DNA of 64,000 nt. Source: Gemmatimonadales bacterium (lineage in GTDB: Bacteria > Gemmatimonadota > Gemmatimonadetes > Gemmatimonadales > GWC2-71-9). The number at the start of each line of letters is the position of its first letter. Positions within the stretch are counted from its first letter, which is position 1. The notes beneath the pieces are model-generated. The model had not been told where the DNA came from. It saw nothing but the letters and a program-made list of their open reading frames with translations, and searched no databases. Both the position numbers and the translations under genes were made by a program. This document shows positions 58,986-64,000 of the stretch, in pieces. The stretch lies in NCBI GenBank assembly GCA_035712285.1, contig DASTBA010000101.1, forward strand, positions 3,686 to 67,685, given 5' to 3'.

Positions 58986-59057
58986 GGGCCGGCACCGCAG
59001 CCGGTAGAGGCGCAAGCGTTGCGCCCCTACCGCTGCGGTGCCGGCCCTTGCCTTTTC
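58986..59057 (+). terminator. very long GC-rich hairpin followed by a T-rich tract (intrinsic terminator candidate)
   Basis: Arms 58986-59015 and 59019-59047 pair over about 29 bp (one bulge, one mismatch, 3-nt loop), followed by TTGCCTTTTCTG. Confidence 0.75.
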
Positions 59058-59130
59058 TGCCAAAGCGGCAGATTTCGGGGGTACATCCCTTGCCTGAGGG
59101 GACCCGGAATTCGGACAGACGGAGCCATGC

Positions 59131-61755
<2,625 letters not shown>

Positions 61756-61786
61756 GGGGACGCCGTCCCCATCGGACCTGACCGGC

Positions 61787-62215
61787 ATGGCGGCCGCGCT
61801 GCGCCTCGCGCGGACGGCGGCGGTCAGGGAAGAAGTACCGGTGGGGGCGGTCATCATGCGCGATGGCGTCATCGTCGCCGAGGCGCACAACGAAACCATC
61901 CAGCGGCAGGACCCCACGGCCCACGCCGAGCTGCTCGCGATCCGGCGCGCCCTCGAGGCCGGCGGCGAGGACCGGCTTCCCACCTCCACGCTCTACGTCA
62001 CGCTGGAGCCCTGCGCGCAGTGCGCGGGCTCCATCATCCTGTCCAAGGTGGAGCGGGTGGTCTTCGGCGCGTGGGACAGCCGCTGCGGCATGGCAGGGTC
62101 GGTCTATGACCTGCTGCGCCATCCCCGGCTCAATCACCGGCCCGAGGTGATCGGCGGGCTGATGGCGGAGGAATGCGGGGAGATGCTGAAGCGGTTCTTT
62201 CTCGCCAGGCGGTAA
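61787..62215 (+). CDS. tadA: tRNA-specific adenosine deaminase TadA
   Basis: VPVGAVIM...HAELLAIR...TLEPCAQCAG deaminase motifs. An in-frame GTG at 61748, overlapping the clpB stop, is an alternative start. Confidence 0.88.
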   Translation: MAAALRLARTAAVREEVPVGAVIMRDGVIVAEAHNETIQRQDPTAHAELLAIRRALEAGGEDRLPTSTLYVTLEPCAQCAGSIILSKVERVVFGAWDSRCGMAGSVYDLLRHPRLNHRPEVIGGLMAEECGEMLKRFFLARR

Positions 62216-62223
62216 GGGCGGAC

Positions 62224-62441
62224 GAGGCGGGCGCGTGTCGCCTGCGGCGACATCCGCCTGCGTCACCCCGGCGAAGGCCGGGGTCCAGATTGCCGATCTC
62301 CGTCCACGAGCCCGTCGCTGAAGCGACGGCTCGGCGGATGTCGCTGAAGCGACCCTGATCTGTCATTGCGAGGAGGCGCCGGTGGCGCCGACGAAGCAAT
62401 CGGTCAGCTCCCGCCGTGATTTGCGCGGCTCTCAGCCGCGC
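62224..62441. repeat. array of GC-rich imperfect-palindrome (REP-like) hairpin units
   Basis: Stem-loops at 62224-62259, 62266-62283, 62312-62329, 62340-62353, 62364-62400 and 62423-62441. The 14-mer GTCGCTGAAGCGAC occurs twice (62314-62327, 62340-62353). No credible ORF. Confidence 0.6.
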
Positions 62442-62470
62442 GAGTCCGCCCCTCGCCCATCCCGCCCACC

Positions 62471-62527
62471 TTGCCCATCCGGCGCCAAAAGCGTATCTTT
62501 CATGCGCCAAATGGCACAGGAGGCCCC
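62471..62527 (+). promoter_or_regulatory. candidate promoter, operator repeats and RBS of the Xre/RES toxin-antitoxin operon
   Basis: TTGCCC (62471-62476), 17-nt spacer, TATCTT (62494-62499). The direct 8-mer GCGCCAAA occurs at 62482-62489 and 62504-62511, flanking the -10. AGGAGG at 62518-62523 lies 4 nt before the ATG. Confidence 0.4.
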
Positions 62528-62953
62528 ATGACCGCCGCCGCCGTGGCCGCCAAGCTGGGTGGCCGCCGGGCCCTGAAGCAGCAGATCCGCTCCGAGATGG
62601 ACCTCGTCGCACTGGTCCGCGAGGGGCTGCCCGTCGCCGCGCTCGATTTCTTCGTCCGCTACCTCGCCGCCGGCGATCTGTATCGCATCGTCGGCTCCGC
62701 CCGCACCCTCCAGCGCAAGCGCGCCGCCGGCGAACGCCTCTCGGCCGAGGAGTCCGACCGCCTCGCCCGCGTCGCCCGCATGTTCACCCGCGCCGAAGAA
62801 GCCCTGGGCAGCGAGGAACGGAGCACCCACTGGCTCCGCCAGGCCAACCGCGCCCTCGGCGGCGCCCGCCCGGTGGATCTCCTCGACAGCGATGCCGGCA
62901 CCGTCGCCGTCGAGCGGGTGCTGGGGCGGATCGAGCACGGGGTCTACAGCTGA
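62528..62953 (+). CDS. Xre-like/DUF2384 antitoxin (MbcA/ParS type)
   Basis: 141 aa. C-terminal DUF2384 signature WLRQANRALGGARPVDLLDSDAGTVAVERVLGRIEHGV. Immediately upstream of a RES-domain gene. Confidence 0.82.
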   Translation: MTAAAVAAKLGGRRALKQQIRSEMDLVALVREGLPVAALDFFVRYLAAGDLYRIVGSARTLQRKRAAGERLSAEESDRLARVARMFTRAEEALGSEERSTHWLRQANRALGGARPVDLLDSDAGTVAVERVLGRIEHGVYS

Positions 62954-63000
62954 GTGCGGAATGGTCGACGGTCGACTGTTGACCGCTAGTTCCCCCTCCC

Positions 63001-63456
63001 ATGCTCACCTATCGCATCTGCCGCAGGGCCTTCCGGGCCCTGGACGGGGAAGGGGCCCGCCTCTACGGCGGGCGGTGGAACCGCCCCGGATCGGCGGTCG
63101 TCTATACCTCCGGTTCCGTGGCGCTGGCAGCGCTCGAGCTGCTGGTGCACTTGAGCCCCGCTGATGCGCCGCGGGACCTGGTGCTGGTGACGGTGGAGAT
63201 CCCTGATTCAGTGAGCCGCGAGCAGGTCGGCGCGCCGGGGCTTCCCCGGAACTGGGCGCAGTCACCCGAACATCCCGCCTGCCGCGCGCGCGGCCAGGCA
63301 TGGCTTGCCGCCGCCACGTCGGCGGTCCTCATCGTGCCCGCCGCCCCCGTGCCTGAGGAGTTCAACTACCTCCTCAATCCCGCGCATCCGGACTTTGTCC
63401 GGATTCACGCTGTCGCCGAACGGTCGTTCGCATTCGATCCGCGACTGGGGCCGTAA
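63001..63456 (+). CDS. RES-domain toxin (MbcT/ParT type NAD+-targeting enzyme)
   Basis: 151 aa. LYGGRWNRPGSAVVYTSGSVALAALELLVHL carries the R...E...S pattern, in the canonical antitoxin-then-toxin order. Confidence 0.82.
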   Translation: MLTYRICRRAFRALDGEGARLYGGRWNRPGSAVVYTSGSVALAALELLVHLSPADAPRDLVLVTVEIPDSVSREQVGAPGLPRNWAQSPEHPACRARGQAWLAAATSAVLIVPAAPVPEEFNYLLNPAHPDFVRIHAVAERSFAFDPRLGP

Positions 63457-63470
63457 CGCAGCGGCGACCC

Positions 63471-63509
63471 GGTTGCTTCGTCGGCGCCACCGGCCCTCCT
63501 CGCAATGCC
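63471..63509. repeat. inverted copy of the 62362-62401 hairpin element
   Basis: The reverse complement reads GGCATTGCGAGGAGGGCCGGTGGCGCCGACGAAGCAACC, against GTCATTGCGAGGAGGCGCCGGTGGCGCCGACGAAGCAATC at 62362-62401. Identical blocks of 13 and 21 nt are separated by a 1-nt indel. Confidence 0.8.
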
Positions 63510-63539
63510 CCGCCCGCCTGTTTACATTTTGCCCGCGCT

Positions 63540-63626
63540 GGACAGGTGTCCGAGTGGCTGAAGGAACCGGTCTCGAAAACCGGCATACCCGCAAGGGTAT
63601 CGAGGGTTCGAATCCCTCCCTGTCCG
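63540..63626 (+). tRNA. tRNA-Ser (anticodon CGA), CCA not encoded
   Basis: Acceptor GGACAGG/CCTGTCC, anticodon stem CCGGT/ACCGG with loop CTCGAAA, long variable arm (CATACCCGCAAGGGTATC), T arm GAGGG-TTCGAAT-CCCTC. Confidence 0.9.
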
Positions 63627-63630
63627 TTTG

Positions 63631-63760
63631 GAGCTGAGAGGGGAGAGTTGAGCGCCCTGCGCTCCTGTCACCCTGAGTGAGCGCAGCGACCGAATGGGCC
63701 GAGGCGCTGCCGTGTTTCAGCCTCTTCGCTCAGAGTGACAGAGCCCGCGTCTCTCAGCTC
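63631..63760. terminator. about 130-nt imperfect palindrome between tRNA-Ser and the convergent minus-strand gene (bidirectional terminator / REP-like element)
   Basis: Outer arms GAGCTGAGAG (63631-63640) / CTCTCAGCTC (63751-63760). Inner arms CTGTCACCCTGAGTGAGCG (63665-63683) / CGCTCAGAGTGACAG (63727-63741). Local hairpin GAGCGC-CCT-GCGCTC at 63650-63664. Confidence 0.55.
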
Positions 63761-63767
63761 GCAGCGC

Positions 63768-63968
63768 TCAGCCGATAGCTCCCAGCTTTCCCAGCAACTC
63801 CCCCAGCTCCACTCCATGCGCCTTCGCGGCGCGCTCGACCGTCAGGTCCCCGCCGCAGCAGGCGTCCATGCCGTATTCGGTGAGCACGGCCAGCGCCGGC
63901 GGGCATTGGGCCACCAGGTCCCGGAGGGACATGGAAGGGTTCACGGTGCATCGGGTCATCGAAGTCAT
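63768..63968 (-). CDS. small ScdA_N/DUF542-like protein
   Basis: 66 aa. LVAQCPPALAVLTEYGMDACCGGDLTVERAAKAHGVELGELL matches the N-terminal domain of di-iron Fe-S repair proteins (the ...CCGG... motif). GGAG lies upstream of the start. Confidence 0.6.
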   Translation of the reverse strand: MTSMTRCTVNPSMSLRDLVAQCPPALAVLTEYGMDACCGGDLTVERAAKAHGVELGELLGKLGAIG

Positions 63969-64000
63969 GCGGGTAACTCCATCGTTGGAGACTTGGGCAG

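Noticed and set aside
59058-59130. Heat-shock regulatory element (CIRCE, HAIR or a sigma-32 promoter) upstream of clpB
   Set aside because: There is no TTAGCACTC-N9-GAGTGCTAA-like inverted repeat and no convincing CTTGAAA...CCCCAT pair. Only a weak CCCTTGCC stretch is present. I cannot support a call from the sequence alone.
62314-62353. Possible CRISPR-like or tandem repeat array (GTCGCTGAAGCGAC occurring twice)
   Set aside because: There are only two copies of a 14-mer with a 12-nt spacer, and no cas genes. Each copy is itself a small palindrome, which fits REP-like hairpins and not a CRISPR array.
62130-62982. ORFs spanning the non-coding gap: 62130-62612 (-, 160 aa), 62416-62982 (+, 188 aa) and 62173-62358 (+, 61 aa)
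   Set aside because: The translations are Arg/Pro/Gly-rich with no motifs. They cross the hairpin units and the TA promoter, or overlap the well-supported antitoxin in another frame.
62954-63000. The 47-nt spacer between antitoxin and toxin containing the tandem GGTCGAC GGTCGAC, considered as a possible extra small gene or an alternative toxin start
   Set aside because: An in-frame TGA at 62980-62982 closes the toxin frame upstream, so ATG 63001 is the first possible start. The spacer is too short for a gene. The repeat is noted but I have no functional evidence for it.
62216-63768. A tRNA-Ser-targeted genomic island or prophage remnant carrying the TA pair
   Set aside because: There is no integrase, recombinase or phage gene. 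I could not find a direct repeat of the tRNA 3' end, and composition does not visibly shift relative to flanking core genes. Only the small inverted-repeat-flanked cassette is retained as a finding.
63754-63951. Alternative 65-aa minus-strand ORF overlapping 63768-63968 in another frame
   Set aside because: Its translation is Gly/Arg/Pro/Ala-rich and has no motif. The 63768-63968 frame gives a recognisable ScdA_N/DUF542-like sequence with a GGAG upstream.

Overview
This is a very GC-rich bacterial chromosomal segment. About 65 genes are tightly packed, all but four on the + strand, and many are joined by 1-4 nt stop/start overlaps. The gene content and the FlgD-Ig/T9SS-tail-like domain suggest a Gemmatimonadota-like diderm, but that is a low-confidence impression from memory.

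Gene content in order:
- A division/cell-wall (dcw) cluster, murE-murF-mraY-murD-ftsW-murG-murC-ftsQ-ftsA-ftsZ, with no murB or ddl.
- An M23 peptidase and a vWA-like membrane protein coupled to ftsZ, then ftsY and recG.
- A small envelope-gene island that includes a BamB-like beta-propeller.
- asnS, mazG (-), and alr-deoB-cdd, followed by a lipoprotein/beta-barrel pair and miaB.
- ComFB-comEC-fbp and a methylmalonyl-CoA-mutase catalytic chain.
- An FmdB zinc ribbon, argS, a PfkB kinase, and purM fused to ribD-ribE-ribBA-ribH-nusB.
- A GT4 glycosyltransferase.
- An overlapped hpf-hprK-EIIA/B/C/D(Man)-ptsH-ptsI operon.
- metK and a BFN nuclease.
- A cobalamin riboswitch driving btuF/C/D/B-like uptake genes.
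- recO-selB, a stand-alone FlgD-Ig-like secreted protein, clpB and tadA.
- A RES/Xre (MbcTA/ParST-type) toxin-antitoxin pair, tRNA-Ser(CGA), and a small ScdA_N-like gene (-).

I do not see a convincing undescribed multi-gene system. Most of the window is conserved housekeeping. The least ordinary parts are:
- the hairpin-dense 312-bp non-coding gap, with near-identical inverted 38-bp elements bracketing the TA cassette next to the tRNA;
- the hpf-hprK-PTS super-operon;
- an orphan selB;
- several uncharacterised envelope proteins embedded in housekeeping operons.
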